A DNA stretch of 64,000 bases from Candidatus Saccharimonadota bacterium (GTDB taxonomy: Bacteria > Patescibacteriota > Saccharimonadia > Saccharimonadales > AQU-01), in contig JBAXJI010000001.1 in NCBI GenBank assembly GCA_037137935.1, positions 1,771-65,770 of the forward strand, read 5' to 3'. The first letter of the stretch is position 1. Each line of letters begins with the position of its first letter. The notes under the pieces are model-generated. The model saw only the letters and a program-made list of their open reading frames with translations, ran no database searches and was not told the origin of the DNA. A program made the position numbers and the translations under genes. Positions 20,779-29,508 of this stretch are shown piece after piece.

Positions 20779-21696
20779 CTATCGACTTTTGTTCAATAGT
20801 GTTGTCACAATATCAACAGCTTGACTGGGGTCAGTCAGCCATTGAATACTAGAGTTGCGCTTAAACCAAGTGCGTTGTTTTTTGGCGAGGCCGATTGTCG
20901 CTAAAATGATACGATCTTTGGTCTGCTGTAGACTTTGGTCGCCCGCAAAGTAATCTTCAAACTCACGATAACCTACTCCCTTCATAGCTTCAACACGCCA
21001 ATTGTTGTGATCAGCTAGCTGGCGCACTTCCTGCTCCAACCCGTGACTAAACATACTCTCAACCCGTGATTTTATGCGCTCTTTTAGTAAATCTATAGGT
21101 GTTGTGAGGCCGATTATTTTGGTGTTCGCCCTAAGTTCGTGACGAGCTGGAACTTGGCCAGATGTTTCGATCGTTCGACTTAAATGACGAGGATTGCGTA
21201 GATTATTAGGCATTTGTAGGCCCTTTGATTTAATTTCCGCCTGGAGCTCTTCAACCGTCATACTAGTCAAACGCTCACGCTCAGCAGAATCAACCGACGG
21301 CATAAACTGATAATCATAAATCACCGCGTCAATATATAACCCACTGCCGCCTACCAATATTGGCAATTTACCACGCGCCGTAATGTCGGTAATTGCCTGA
21401 TCTGCCAGGCTCTTAAAGTCCGCTACATTAAATAACTGCCCGGGCTCAACCACATCCAATCCATAATGCTTAATCTTGGTCTGGTCTGCGCGACTAGGTT
21501 TTGCAGTGCCGATATCCATGCCCTTATATGCCGTTCGCGAATCAGCACAAATAATCTCACCATTAAACTGCTCAGCCAACTCCATAGCTAGCGCCGACTT
21601 GCCCGAGGCGGTCTCGCCAACTATCACTAGTAATGGAGAACCACTCAACTCATTTATTTGATCGGTTACTGGCAAATCTTCAGCTATCATCATCAC
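20779..21696 (-). CDS. miaA: tRNA dimethylallyltransferase
   Basis: GETASGKS, ICADSRTAYKGMDIGTAKP, VGGSGLY, AKKQRTWFK. Confidence 0.96.
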   Translation of the reverse strand: MMMIAEDLPVTDQINELSGSPLLVIVGETASGKSALAMELAEQFNGEIICADSRTAYKGMDIGTAKPSRADQTKIKHYGLDVVEPGQLFNVADFKSLADQAITDITARGKLPILVGGSGLYIDAVIYDYQFMPSVDSAERERLTSMTVEELQAEIKSKGLQMPNNLRNPRHLSRTIETSGQVPARHELRANTKIIGLTTPIDLLKERIKSRVESMFSHGLEQEVRQLADHNNWRVEAMKGVGYREFEDYFAGDQSLQQTKDRIILATIGLAKKQRTWFKRNSSIQWLTDPSQAVDIVTTLLNKSR

Positions 21697-21700
21697 CTAT

Positions 21701-23548
21701 CTAGAACGAGGTTTTACTGACTCGAGATTTTGCTTCGTTGGCAACGGTATTCAAAAACTCTTCAATAGTTACTGCTTTGTGTTCTGGTTGGACTTCGAGG
21801 TCTTTACGAATTCTTGGCATTAAATCGTTACCAGCCATTTCCTTCTCACCTATAACTACCGTATATGGAACCTTCATGAGCTCAGCAGCCCGGATTTTTT
21901 TACCGACTGACTCATTACTATTGTCTACCTCGGCTCGAACTCCGAGCTCGACAGCCCGGTCAAGCATCTTCTGGGCAAAAGCCAAAGTCGCATCCTCTTG
22001 ATTAACCGTAATTAGTCTCACCTGCTCAGGCGCCAACCAAACTGGAAATTTCCCAGCTAAATGTTCAATTAGTATTCCTATAAAACGCTCTAGTGAGCCA
22101 TAAATTACCCTATGGATCGTTATGGGCGTCTTTTCGCTACCATCCTGTGCGGCATACTTCAGCCCAAAACGTAACGGCTGCTGGAAATCAAGCTGAATCG
22201 TGCCCATCTGCCACGGCCTGTTTAGGCAGTCCTTCATTACGATATCGATCTTGGGTCCATAAAACGCCCCATCCCCTTCTTCGACAGCGTATTCCTTACC
22301 GCTCTCTTCAAGTATTTCTTTCAGTGTCTGCTCAGCACTGTCCCATAGACTCTCATCCCCCATATATTTATCCGGTCTAGTGCCCAAACGAAACGAATAC
22401 TCAATGTTGAAGATGGAATAAAACAGTTCCGTTATCTCAAAGATGCGCTTATATTCGTCTTTAATTTGTTCCTCCGATACGAAAACATGTGCGTCATCTT
22501 GCCGGAACTCACGAACACGGAATAACCCATTAAGAGTCCCTGACATTTCATACCTATGTAGCGTATCCGTATCTGATAATCGTAGCGGTAAGTCACGGTA
22601 CGAGCGAGTTGTATATTTAAAAACAACCATGGCATTCGGGCAATTCATCGGCTTAACGCCGTAGCTCTCTTCATCACTTTCGATAGTGAACATATCTTCC
22701 CAATAGTGATCATAATGTCCTGAGGTTTGATAAAGTTCTTTTTTGTTAATCAGTGGTGAGACTATCTCTTGGTAGCCCCTTACTCTATGCTCTTCGCGCC
22801 AAAAACGGATAAGCTCATTGTACAAAACTACCCCATTGGGCAGCCAATAAGGCATCCCTGGTGCTGTATCATGGAAAAAGAACAGATCCAGCTCCTGCCC
22901 TAATTTACGGTGATCACGCTTCTTAGCTTCTTCCAGCATTTCAAGGTGTATTCTTAGTTCTTTTTCGGTATTAAAGGCTACGCCATAGAGCCGCTGCATT
23001 TGGGCGTTTTTCTCGTCGCCGCGCCAGTAAGCCCCAGAAACGCGCATTAGCCGAAAGGCGCCAACTTTACCAGTCGACTCGACATGCGGGCCTCTGCATA
23101 GGTCTGTGAAGTCACCATTGCTATAAAACGATACGCTTCCAACCTCTGCTATGCCTGAGCTAGCCCCAACTGTACCAGCTGGCAATCCCATCATAGCCTT
23201 AGTCAGCTCGTTCGCCTTAGTTGTACCCTCACGCTTTAAATCATTAAGTAATTCGACTTTATAAGGTTGATTAGCTTGCTTGGCCCAGTCAATTGCCTCA
23301 TCTATTGGCTTTTCACTTCTTTCAAATGTTTGATTGTCGGCAATAACCTTGCGCATTTCAGCGTCAATTTTTGGTAAATCGTCTTCTGATATCTTGATAT
23401 CACCAAGATCAATATCGTAATAAAAGCCATTATCAACAACTGGACCAACGCCAAATTTAGCTTCCGGCCAGATATGCTGAACAGCTGTAGCGGTAATATG
23501 CGCCAACGAATGTCGCATAGCTTCTAGATTATCAATTTTGTCGGACAT
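21701..23548 (-). CDS. thrS: Threonine--tRNA ligase
   Basis: RHSLAH, DLCRGPHV, RDHRKLG, KPMNCP, RVREFRQDDAH, GAFYGPKID, IHRVIYGSLERF. Confidence 0.98.
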   Translation of the reverse strand: MSDKIDNLEAMRHSLAHITATAVQHIWPEAKFGVGPVVDNGFYYDIDLGDIKISEDDLPKIDAEMRKVIADNQTFERSEKPIDEAIDWAKQANQPYKVELLNDLKREGTTKANELTKAMMGLPAGTVGASSGIAEVGSVSFYSNGDFTDLCRGPHVESTGKVGAFRLMRVSGAYWRGDEKNAQMQRLYGVAFNTEKELRIHLEMLEEAKKRDHRKLGQELDLFFFHDTAPGMPYWLPNGVVLYNELIRFWREEHRVRGYQEIVSPLINKKELYQTSGHYDHYWEDMFTIESDEESYGVKPMNCPNAMVVFKYTTRSYRDLPLRLSDTDTLHRYEMSGTLNGLFRVREFRQDDAHVFVSEEQIKDEYKRIFEITELFYSIFNIEYSFRLGTRPDKYMGDESLWDSAEQTLKEILEESGKEYAVEEGDGAFYGPKIDIVMKDCLNRPWQMGTIQLDFQQPLRFGLKYAAQDGSEKTPITIHRVIYGSLERFIGILIEHLAGKFPVWLAPEQVRLITVNQEDATLAFAQKMLDRAVELGVRAEVDNSNESVGKKIRAAELMKVPYTVVIGEKEMAGNDLMPRIRKDLEVQPEHKAVTIEEFLNTVANEAKSRVSKTSF

Positions 23549-23574
23549 TTGGCTCTCCTGACTTAGGGCTTAAT

Positions 23575-23745
23575 AAATAAAAATCGCGCCATCGGAAGAT
23601 GTTAATAGCTAACTATCTTCTTAATGCGCGTCTCGGTCCCGCTATTTGCAGGAGGTTCCACCGGACATTTTACTCATAAGACCGTGTTATCGCACACCGT
23701 CATCTCTATGCGGAGCTCCGTAGTTGGTAGCTACTTCATCACTCT
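23575..23745 (-). promoter_or_regulatory. T-box-like leader of thrS
   Basis: Minus strand AAATGTCCGG-TGGAACC-TCCTGC..GCGGGA-CCG gives an antiterminator with a UGGNACC bulge; AGAGA box upstream; CGCGC..GCGCG hairpin plus U tract downstream. Confidence 0.65.
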
Positions 23746-23809
23746 CTAACAGTTTAACACCCTATCAACCCCTAGCCTATACCTATCAGTACACACCCAT
23801 CTAGCGCAT

Positions 23810-23996
23810 CTAGAAGGGAGACTCTTACAGGGAGACTCCCTGCTAGATAGGCATTTGCAAGGTTGTCCTTTGCAAGGTGAAACCTTGCAACACTAGAAGG
23901 GAGACTCTTACAGGGAGACTCCCTGCTAGATAGTCCTTTGCAAGGTTGTCCTTTGCAAGGTGAAACCTTGCAACAAGGAGTCTCCCTGCTAGATAA
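23810..23996. repeat. Tandem duplication (83-bp period) built from REP-like palindromes
   Basis: ctagaagggagactcttacagggagactccctgctagatag...tttgcaaggttgtcctttgcaaggtgaaaccttgcaaca occurs twice, plus a partial copy. Confidence 0.85.
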
Positions 23997-24388
23997 GATA
24001 CTTCTGACTCTGTTAAACGAATAGACAAATTGCTTATAAATAAAAAACTGGTTGAAAGTTCTCGCAATTACTTTCAACCAGTTAGTTTTCGTTTACTACC
24101 CCTGTCTAGAGGGTGCAAAACACATCTGCAAAACTTCACCTTCAAATATCTTATCAGCATTAGTACTATAAGGCTAGTACAATTGTGTTGTTTTTTATGC
24201 ATTAAAGCCTGTGTATATTTTATATCATATATGGCAAACTGTATTATCCGGCCACGCTGCTTATGGTATATATTGGTTCCCTTTTGTTTTATTGTTCAGC
24301 ATCAAAATTGCGACAGTTTGTTCGCTTTTTTATACATTAACCTTGATGATAAGGGGTAAATCAGGTATATTTAATCTGTCCGAGAAAT

Positions 24389-24408
24389 CGGGCGATTAGC
24401 TCATTTGG
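24389..24408 (+). repeat. Duplicated 5' fragment of tRNA-Val
   Basis: cgggcgattagctcatttgg is identical to 24498-24517. Confidence 0.85.
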
Positions 24409-24498
24409 AGTGGCAAAGCCACAAAATCAAAATAGTGCGCATAGCGCTCGAGCCAAACGAATTAACAACCTGTTTTATAGCCCTTACCGGATTACCCC

Positions 24499-24575
24499 GG
24501 GCGATTAGCTCATTTGGCTAGAGCGCCACATTGACGTTGTGGAGGTGAAAGGTTCGAATCCTTTATCGCCCACCA
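24499..24575 (+). tRNA. tRNA-Val(GAC)
   Basis: GGGCGAT/ATCGCCC acceptor stem, CCACA-TTGACGT-TGTGG anticodon arm, GGTTCGAATCC, CCA encoded. Confidence 0.95.
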
Positions 24576-24595
24576 GATTAGATTTTCATATTTAT

Positions 24596-25336
24596 ATGCC
24601 CTCTATTGAACACGATTCATTTACTGCTACAACTGTTAATACTCATTATGGCCGCGCAATTGCTACCGCCGATGCCGCACGAGACTTTATTGGTAGCGAC
24701 ATTTTATTAATGCAAGAAGTTTTAGATATTGACGAAAAAACTATTGCCAGAAATTTAGGCAGCATTGGCCTGTCAATTGTCTCGATTAACCCAACTACTG
24801 GTCTAGCGATTGCTGTGTCGGAGCGTTTTAAGCCTACCGGTAGTCAACAATACAGTCTTAAACCACAGAGTAAACTAGCTGGCGTCACAAATGCAGTCGG
24901 CCTGAAGCCTAGGTTTCGTAAGCGCGGGGTGATAGTCGCTAGTCTTGAGACTGACGGCCAATCGCTGGCAGTCGCTACAGCATCGCCAATTGTGGCCGCT
25001 CGACCAATCAGTCGTAGCCAGCAAATTAATAAAATGTCAGATTTAATTGCTGAAAATTTTGCCTCAGGACCACTGATTCTCGGTGCTGATATGAACCACT
25101 ACCCAGCCCCTAATAAAGTCGACAAACAAATGGCCAATCGGTTGCAGCTCAAATATGTCGATAACACCGATCCAACTTATTTTTTGAATGGCACAAAACA
25201 CGCTTGGCTAAAACATTTAGGCCTACCGGATGGTCGACTCGACGCCCTACTTTATCGAAATTTAACAGAGATAAACAGCTCAACTAAAACCGTTAAATCA
25301 GATCACGACGCACTCAGTGGAACTTTCGAATTTTAA
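24596..25336 (+). CDS. Endonuclease/exonuclease/phosphatase family protein
   Basis: TVN, DILLMQEV, ILGADMN, RLDALLY, SDHDAL; start moved downstream of tRNA-Val. Confidence 0.85.
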   Translation: MPSIEHDSFTATTVNTHYGRAIATADAARDFIGSDILLMQEVLDIDEKTIARNLGSIGLSIVSINPTTGLAIAVSERFKPTGSQQYSLKPQSKLAGVTNAVGLKPRFRKRGVIVASLETDGQSLAVATASPIVAARPISRSQQINKMSDLIAENFASGPLILGADMNHYPAPNKVDKQMANRLQLKYVDNTDPTYFLNGTKHAWLKHLGLPDGRLDALLYRNLTEINSSTKTVKSDHDALSGTFEF

Positions 25337-25374
25337 TAATTTAACGAGATGTTCTGGAACGCATAAGTCTTTCC

Positions 25375-26520
25375 CTAATTCGAACTACGCAGGTTGTTGT
25401 AGGTGTCGATAATAATTGGTTGACTATCACTACCTTCGCTACTAAAACTTAATTTTAAGAATATAGCACTGCAGTTGTCTTGGTTTAATAAAACATAGTT
25501 CGTACAGATAAAACTGACAATTTCTGACTTAACTCTCAGGTTACCGATCAGAGTCTGTTTGGTTTGTTTAGAAAAGATTTCTTTTGCAGAGTAATTTATA
25601 TTACCAATTCCGTAGGCCGTAACTAGTTTTATTGGCCAGATTGAGTCACTTCTAAATGATTCCAGACCAGAAGCTAAGCTTAACTCACCAGATACTATTT
25701 GCATACGAGCTTGTGAAAATGTCACATTAATTACTGGCTCTTCAGCATTATTAGTCACTGTAACCCCACTGCTCGCCTCGTATTCGCTAAACAACCGCGA
25801 GAATGGCTTGAGAGTTTTGGTTGGAGCTGTAGCCTGAAGGCTAGTGATTTTGATTGCGCAGTCCGTATAATACAATCCCATGATATTTTGATGACTAATT
25901 GGGTCCTGCTTCAAGTCAGTTTTTTTGGCATTGCAAAAATTTAAGGCTCTAACCTTAAAATAGTAGCCCTTATGATAGAAAGCGAACTGGCCAGAAATTG
26001 GTATGGTCTTAGATTGGTTAAACTTACTAATTAAATCCGGGTCGCTAAAAACTAAATCGAGGTGGTCTTTGGTGATGTCATCAAACTGAATAATAGTTTC
26101 GTCTGCTAGAGCATAACGCTCGCCACGGTTGACTACCAGCGTCCGCTCTTTACCAAGTGCCAACTTTTGTAACTCGGTATTTACTGTTGTGGTGCTAGTT
26201 TGTTGTGGAGAATTAGTTCCATTATTTATCGAGTCAATTTTTGAAATTATAGTAGAGAAGTTCACGCTTTTTAAGGAAAAATGAAAAATGTACGAACCCA
26301 AAATTATTAAAATAATAACCGCAGCCACAGTATTTACTTTAGCCTTAAAAGACCACCACTTATGTTTTATTTTTTGCTCGACGATTATTTGGCTAGATAT
26401 ATCAGGTTGCGAAACTGAATAAAGATTATCGGTTACGTTAGTAGGCTGACTGTCTAGTGGTGATATTTCATCTTCATCTTCATTTTGATAATCGGCCAAC
26501 GCTCTCGGTTGCTCGCTCAT
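25375..26520 (-). CDS. Hypothetical single-TM protein
   Basis: 381 aa ORF with acidic N-terminus and one TM helix. Confidence 0.7.
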   Translation of the reverse strand: MSEQPRALADYQNEDEDEISPLDSQPTNVTDNLYSVSQPDISSQIIVEQKIKHKWWSFKAKVNTVAAVIILIILGSYIFHFSLKSVNFSTIISKIDSINNGTNSPQQTSTTTVNTELQKLALGKERTLVVNRGERYALADETIIQFDDITKDHLDLVFSDPDLISKFNQSKTIPISGQFAFYHKGYYFKVRALNFCNAKKTDLKQDPISHQNIMGLYYTDCAIKITSLQATAPTKTLKPFSRLFSEYEASSGVTVTNNAEEPVINVTFSQARMQIVSGELSLASGLESFRSDSIWPIKLVTAYGIGNINYSAKEIFSKQTKQTLIGNLRVKSEIVSFICTNYVLLNQDNCSAIFLKLSFSSEGSDSQPIIIDTYNNLRSSN

Positions 26521-26687
26521 AGTTCAAATTGTAGCATAACCACAAATCAGAAAATTCCTTGTCATACTGATCGATAGTATATATTCTTCACGATCCTACG
26601 TTAAGCAGCGCTTCATTAACGAAGAAACAAAATTGAGACCATGTGCCCTAGATTTCTGGACAATAACTCTTTCCGGGCTGAAAGATT

Positions 26688-27632
26688 TTATTTGATAATT
26701 TGATCTTTAATATAGATGTCGCTAATTATTTCGAGAACTTTTTCGCTATGGTTAGTATCAATTAGACCAATTAAGCTATAAATTAACCTAGCTTTTAGTA
26801 GCATCAATAGAGACGACTCAACCTCTGCTATCAATTTTGGCTGATTGATTTCGATAATAAGTTTCTTTAGGTACCCAGATCTAACTAGATTCAAGCCTTT
26901 TGTGTCAATATTTAACATTACTGTCATCACCATATCTTCCAAAAGATAGCTGTATCTATAGTCATCAAAATCCAGTAAATAAAGCTGACCAGAATCTGAA
27001 ACAATCATGTTTTGCAGCTTAATATCGCCATGTATATAGCCTTTTGTTAGTTTAGGTATAGCGTGACTCGATATCTTAACTTCCTGATATAGTTTATGAA
27101 TAACAGAGGCGATTTGATCATCTTGGTGGTTAGTCGATAATAAGTAGCGTTGATAGCGTTCTTCGGCGCGTGACACTATATCTAGCCCCTCCGTCATTGA
27201 TTCAACTTTAAAATATGAAGACATAGTAAAAATTTTACCTAAAACATCAGCCAACTTGGCAATTAAATTGTCGTCGAAAGTTGTAGGATTTGCCCCAGAA
27301 ATAAACCTCATTATCACCAAAAAACTAAAGTTATCTTCTTGAAGTGCAACATAGTATTGCCCTAGCCTGTTCTTAACAACATCTGGAACATATATCCCTT
27401 TCTGCATTTCTGTCATAAACTTGAGTTCATTTTTTATGGATGAGGCGTCACGAATACCTTTTGCAGAATGAGTTTTACCGTATAATCGCGCTACGAACGT
27501 TGTGTCAAAAGATTTAAAAAGATAATTCTTGTTTTCAGCCCCACCTTTCAACTCAACGAATGTCGCAACATCGGAATCTATGTCAAAACTTTTTAGGATG
27601 ATTTGTTTTAATTTATTCTTGTCCATTTGCAA
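26688..27632 (-). CDS. APH/homoserine-kinase-II-like phosphotransferase
   Basis: GGAENKNY, IHGDIKLQNM, LLDFDD; overlaps the tgt stop. Confidence 0.85.
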   Translation of the reverse strand: MQMDKNKLKQIILKSFDIDSDVATFVELKGGAENKNYLFKSFDTTFVARLYGKTHSAKGIRDASSIKNELKFMTEMQKGIYVPDVVKNRLGQYYVALQEDNFSFLVIMRFISGANPTTFDDNLIAKLADVLGKIFTMSSYFKVESMTEGLDIVSRAEERYQRYLLSTNHQDDQIASVIHKLYQEVKISSHAIPKLTKGYIHGDIKLQNMIVSDSGQLYLLDFDDYRYSYLLEDMVMTVMLNIDTKGLNLVRSGYLKKLIIEINQPKLIAEVESSLLMLLKARLIYSLIGLIDTNHSEKVLEIISDIYIKDQIIK

Positions 27633-28725
27633 GCAAATTCCTTTTGTCTTCTGCGATTCTAGTTAGGTAACGTAAATTGTGGATTGAGGCTAGTGTACCG
27701 GCCAAAGGTTCGCCGACTTTGAATTGGTGACGCAGGAAGGCTTTTGAGAAGCCACTGGCGCAGGCATAACAGTCGCAACCAACTTGTATTGGCTCAGGAT
27801 CGTCTGTGTATTTAGCATTTGTTAGATGAATTTTCTCATCATTAGCTGTCCAAACTGTAGCGTGGCGAGCATTGCGGGTCGGCAAAACGCAGTCAGCCAT
27901 ATCGATACCATGTTCGTATGCAAAGCGAAGATCTGATGGAGTACCAACCCCAAGCAAGAAATGCGGCCTTTCAGGGTCATATAACGGTGCCAGAGCCTTG
28001 AGAACCTTAAACATCTCCTCTTGTGGCTCGCCGACCGATAAGCCACCAATGGCGATACCATCAACATCTGTTGCCTGGACCAGTTCTAGACTTCGCTTAC
28101 GTAGTTCTAGATCCAAACCACCTTGCACGACTCCAAATAATAGTGGACGTTCCTCGTCGCTCATTCCGTCCGTTAAACGCTTAAACTCAACAATGCACCT
28201 GTCTAGCCAGCGGTGCGTGCGCTCAAATGCATCCAATACATCACCAGGCTTAGCGTCGTCTAGGCCAATTAAGTGGTCAAAAGCCACAAACATATCTGAC
28301 CCCAGTTCAAACTGGATCTGCATCGATTTTTCAGGTGTAATTGTCCGAATTTCACCGCTGATGGGATGTTTAAAGGTTACACCTTCTTCAGTAACTTTAC
28401 TGTGCTTGCTAAGCGAAAAAACCTGAAAACCGCCAGAATCGGTCAAGATAGGACCTGTCCACTTGCCGAAACCATGTACCCCACCGAGGCTGTTAACAAC
28501 CGCTTCACCAGGCTGTAAATGCAAATGATAAGTGTTATTTAGGATAACTTGGATACCGGTCGAAGCCACCTGCTCCGGCGTCATTGACTTGACGGCACCA
28601 CGGGTCGCATCGGGCATAAAAGTCGGCGTCGCAAAGCTACCAGCCCGTGTATTAAATACACCAATACGGCCGTAAGCACTAGTTTTTTGATAAGCGAAGC
28701 GTTGATTAGATTTATCCACTGTCAT
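27613..28725 (-). CDS. tgt: tRNA guanine(34) transglycosylase
   Basis: TPTFMP, NTYHLHLQPG, TDSGGFQVFSL, GVVQGG, IGGLSVGE, DCVLPTRNAR, CDCYAC, HNL. Confidence 0.96.
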   Translation of the reverse strand: MTVDKSNQRFAYQKTSAYGRIGVFNTRAGSFATPTFMPDATRGAVKSMTPEQVASTGIQVILNNTYHLHLQPGEAVVNSLGGVHGFGKWTGPILTDSGGFQVFSLSKHSKVTEEGVTFKHPISGEIRTITPEKSMQIQFELGSDMFVAFDHLIGLDDAKPGDVLDAFERTHRWLDRCIVEFKRLTDGMSDEERPLLFGVVQGGLDLELRKRSLELVQATDVDGIAIGGLSVGEPQEEMFKVLKALAPLYDPERPHFLLGVGTPSDLRFAYEHGIDMADCVLPTRNARHATVWTANDEKIHLTNAKYTDDPEPIQVGCDCYACASGFSKAFLRHQFKVGEPLAGTLASIHNLRYLTRIAEDKRNLLANGQE

Positions 28726-28815
28726 GCCATATATTGTACACTAAAACAGATGTAAGCATTGACCTTTTGTTGTAAATATGTTAACATAAGCAGGTTAAAA
28801 GGGAGGCGCTCAAGT

Positions 28816-28932
28816 TTGAGTACCAATTCAAAACCGCTTGAAGGGTTTAAGCTTTTCTACGAAGAGCTCAAATCGGCCAAGCCAGCCAGTCGTATACGAC
28901 GCGTTCGTCCTGCTACGACCTCTGTCAAATAG
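28816..28932 (+). CDS. Small 38-aa protein MSTNSKPLEGFKLFYEELKSAKPASRIRRVRPATTSVK
   Basis: TTGACC-17-TAACAT promoter, GGGAGG SD 9 nt before TTG, terminator at 28956-28986; below the ORF-track size cutoff. Confidence 0.55.
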   Translation: MSTNSKPLEGFKLFYEELKSAKPASRIRRVRPATTSVK

Positions 28933-28955
28933 AGTGACAGCAAGACGAATCTCTG

Positions 28956-28986
28956 CCCGACCATCAGTAATGTTGGTCGGGTTTTT
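28956..28986 (+). terminator. Intrinsic terminator
   Basis: cccgacca..tggtcggg followed by ttttt. Confidence 0.75.
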
Positions 28987-29076
28987 CATTTAAGAAGAGG
29001 TATTTACGTGCAGTTATCCTCACAATCGTAAACTTATCCACTAGCATAATAAACAGCCATATGACAATATATAGTC

Positions 29077-29508
29077 ATGGTATGCATATATTGTCAGGCA
29101 GATACAAAAGTAGTTAATTCCCGTTTACAGAGGCGAGCTAACCAAGTTTGGCGTCGTCGTCAGTGCTTGGACTGCAAAAGTATCTTTTCTAGCATTGAGG
29201 CTGTCGATTTATCTTTAGCCCTGTCATTCCGTACGTCGCAAAATAGTACAGTTAAACACCCTGTTAATACAGCTCTAGAGCCCTTCCAGAGAGACGTACT
29301 ATTCACTAGCATCCTTGAGTCATGTAAACACCGTAAAACAGCTATAAGCGACGCTACGGCACTCACAAGCACTATTCTGAGTCGACTTAGACCCCATATG
29401 AAAGGCGCTGTCATTGACCGCGATCAACTAGTAACTACCGCACAACAAATATTGAAGCGCTTCGACAAAGCAGCCTCTGTTCACTACTCGGCTTATCACC
29501 GCCTATAA
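29077..29508 (+). CDS. nrdR: NrdR-like transcriptional repressor
   Basis: CIYC..TKVVNSR..RRRQCLDC Zn ribbon, ATP-cone-like region, FDKAASVHYSAYH. Confidence 0.8.
   Translation: MVCIYCQADTKVVNSRLQRRANQVWRRRQCLDCKSIFSSIEAVDLSLALSFRTSQNSTVKHPVNTALEPFQRDVLFTSILESCKHRKTAISDATALTSTILSRLRPHMKGAVIDRDQLVTTAQQILKRFDKAASVHYSAYHRL

Noticed and set aside
24042-24089. Long hairpin AACTGGTTGAAAGT/ACTTTCAACCAGTT as a mobile element end
   Set aside because: It is single copy with no partner or target duplication, and is more simply a terminator-like hairpin.
23772-24399. ORFs 23772-24077, 23843-24067, 24030-24359 and 24211-24399
   Set aside because: They are translations of palindromic repeats or AT-rich spacer, with no protein motifs.
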